This document shows, piece by piece, positions 63,050 to 64,000 of a stretch of DNA of 64,000 bases. The DNA comes from Macrostomum hystrix (taxonomy: Eukaryota > Animalia > Platyhelminthes). The notes under the pieces were generated by a model. It did not search any database, was not told where the DNA came from, and worked only from the letters and a program-made list of their open reading frames with translations. Position 1 is the first letter of the stretch; each line of letters begins with the position of its first letter. Location: the NCBI GenBank assembly GCA_950097015.1, contig CATNEN010000002.1, positions 5,332,001 through 5,396,000 of the forward strand. The letters are read 5' to 3'. The position numbers and the translations under genes are program-made.

Positions 63050-63242
63050 TCGGAGCAGTCTCAAGGTGTGCGGCTGGGCCAGAGTGTTGTACAGCTACGA
63101 CTCGCGTCAACCAGACGAGCTCACAGTCCGCGAGGGCGATGTGCTCAGCGTGCTGGAGAAGAGTTCCGACGGTTGGTGGCTCGGGGAGGACTCGGCCGGT
63201 AAGAGAGGCATCTTTCCCGGCTCCTACGTTGAAGAGTTTTAA
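54290..63242 (+). CDS. NOSTRIN: Nostrin-like F-BAR / HR1 / SH3 protein, ~9 exons, ~650 aa
   Basis: Exons 54290-54433 (tentative first), 56260-56426, 56643-56787, 56947-57177, 59098-59214, 60452-60661, 61011-61358, 61846-62187, 62988-63242, phase-consistent. GTNGFEELKRYIKQGNDLCKDLAAVLNERCELEQSYARSLSK (F-BAR), VLFESYAEDLNNPMDRGRR and KGKEGVEKLLKVY (HR1), SH3 ARVLYSYDSRQPDELTVREGDVLSV...DGWWLG...GIFPGSYVEEF*. Confidence 0.87.
54523..54851 (+). mobile_element. Full-length SINE family A copy with TSD (Nostrin intron 1)
   Basis: 13-bp TSD TTGCAAGTTGCAA (54510-54522, 54852-54864); head GTTGTAGCC...TTAGAGCG...GGGGTTCGATTCCC; complete body. Confidence 0.88.
57240..57550. repeat. Degenerate repeat with core AAGTCCGTTACTTTGC (Nostrin intron 4)
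   Basis: CCGTTACTTT recurs several times. Confidence 0.65.
57995..58880. repeat. Minisatellite, 34/35-bp unit CCCAGCCCTACCCATCAATGTACACTCTTTCTTG (Nostrin intron 4)
   Basis: About 25 tandem units; ORFs in all three + frames are repeat artefacts. Confidence 0.97.
59640..60345. repeat. Two adjacent related minisatellites: 24-bp CCCATTCAGGTTGTAGTTAATGAT (59640-60045) and 23-bp CCCCTTCAGGTACCGTTGGAAAT (60140-60345) (Nostrin intron 5)
   Basis: Direct tandem repeats sharing CCC.TTCAGGT. Confidence 0.93.
60725..60985. repeat. Short-unit repeat AAACCCTTGT / AAACCCAAT (Nostrin intron 6)
   Basis: Alternating 9-10-bp units. Confidence 0.88.
61375..61800. repeat. Polypyrimidine repeat, core TTCCCCTTCTCTTCCCCTTTTC (Nostrin intron 7)
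   Basis: Almost pure C/T; accounts for the F/S/P/L-rich parts of ORFs 61011 and 61066. Confidence 0.92.
62208..62960. repeat. Minisatellite, 18-bp unit GTATAAGAGATTGATATG switching to ATATAGGAGATTGATATC (Nostrin intron 8)
   Basis: Tandem units fill the intron from ~20 bp after the donor to ~27 bp before the acceptor. Confidence 0.96.
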
Positions 63243-64000
63243 ATGGCTTTCAGACGATATGTAGCGAAAATGTGTTTCAATTTTATGCTTTCAAATTTGA
63301 CGCCTTGTCTTCTGCCTTCTGTTATTTCATTTAAATATGATGCCAGCTAACTTTTATTGATTCGAAACTATAGTTTTAGCTCAGGTGGGATCGCTTTAAG
63401 GTGGGCGATATGTATCGAAAAATCCTAAAATAACACATACCATACCAACTTGCAAGCCGATATGTATGGAAAAATCAATGGACTCAATATTTAAAAAATA
63501 AGCCATTCGCTCGTAGTTCGTTATTTGTCAGTATTTTGTCAACTTCTGTATTGCCTTGATGAAGTCAGCAGGATATTATGGGAAAGTATCGATCAGCTGT
63601 TTATTGTCGTATGCATGTTATATACAAATGGTCTTTTATTTACATTAGTGTGAACTGTACCAATTAATATTAATATTCTTTACTTATTTTTATGTGTATT
63701 CAATCATTGTGGCTATATGTATATAAAGAATGTTTCGCTTTAGCGCCTTGCGTATTACTAAATTTTTATGGTTCTATTTTGTATCTGTATTTATTCTACA
63801 ATGCTGTTAGTACCCAATTCTTAAAAGGTTTGGTTTAAAATGCACTGATTAACATCCCAATTTAGTAGAAGTAAAATATTTTGAAGCATGCATTTAGCCT
63901 GCTGTAGTTTTTATCAGTTTGCGACCAGCTTAGTTAGTACGACCAGCTTGCTTAACTTGTTAACACTTTTTTGCCGTTCTTCCAGCTTTACTAAAGGCTG

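Overview
Eukaryotic (animal) genomic DNA: GC-rich coding exons separated by introns that mostly carry their own minisatellite, plus AT-rich intergenic tracts with SINEs and DNA-transposon relics. This architecture suggests a free-living flatworm such as Macrostomum (inference only, not verified). Six protein-coding genes were reconstructed by hand with GT..AG junctions and consistent reading phase: an intronless rhodopsin-family peptide-receptor-like GPCR (+), an intronless divergent mago nashi (-), an 11-exon VWA/Cache membrane protein (CACHD1-like, -), DEK (+), a RING-less LIN-41/TRIM71-like NHL protein with a perfect let-7 site in its 3' UTR (+), and a Nostrin-like F-BAR/HR1/SH3 protein (+). 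Mobile DNA includes an internally deleted Tc1 (D34E), two Merlin relics, a Mutator-like non-autonomous element with a nested SINE, three tRNA-derived SINE families and one unclassified dispersed repeat. Most long ORFs in the supplied track are artefacts of about 20 tandem arrays. The most interesting leads are: splice acceptors just upstream of every start codon, with two same-strand gene pairs that could be trans-spliced operons; a private minisatellite in most introns; a tandem array of about 11-12 Pol III B-boxes grown out of a SINE head; and the conserved let-7/lin-41 circuit.
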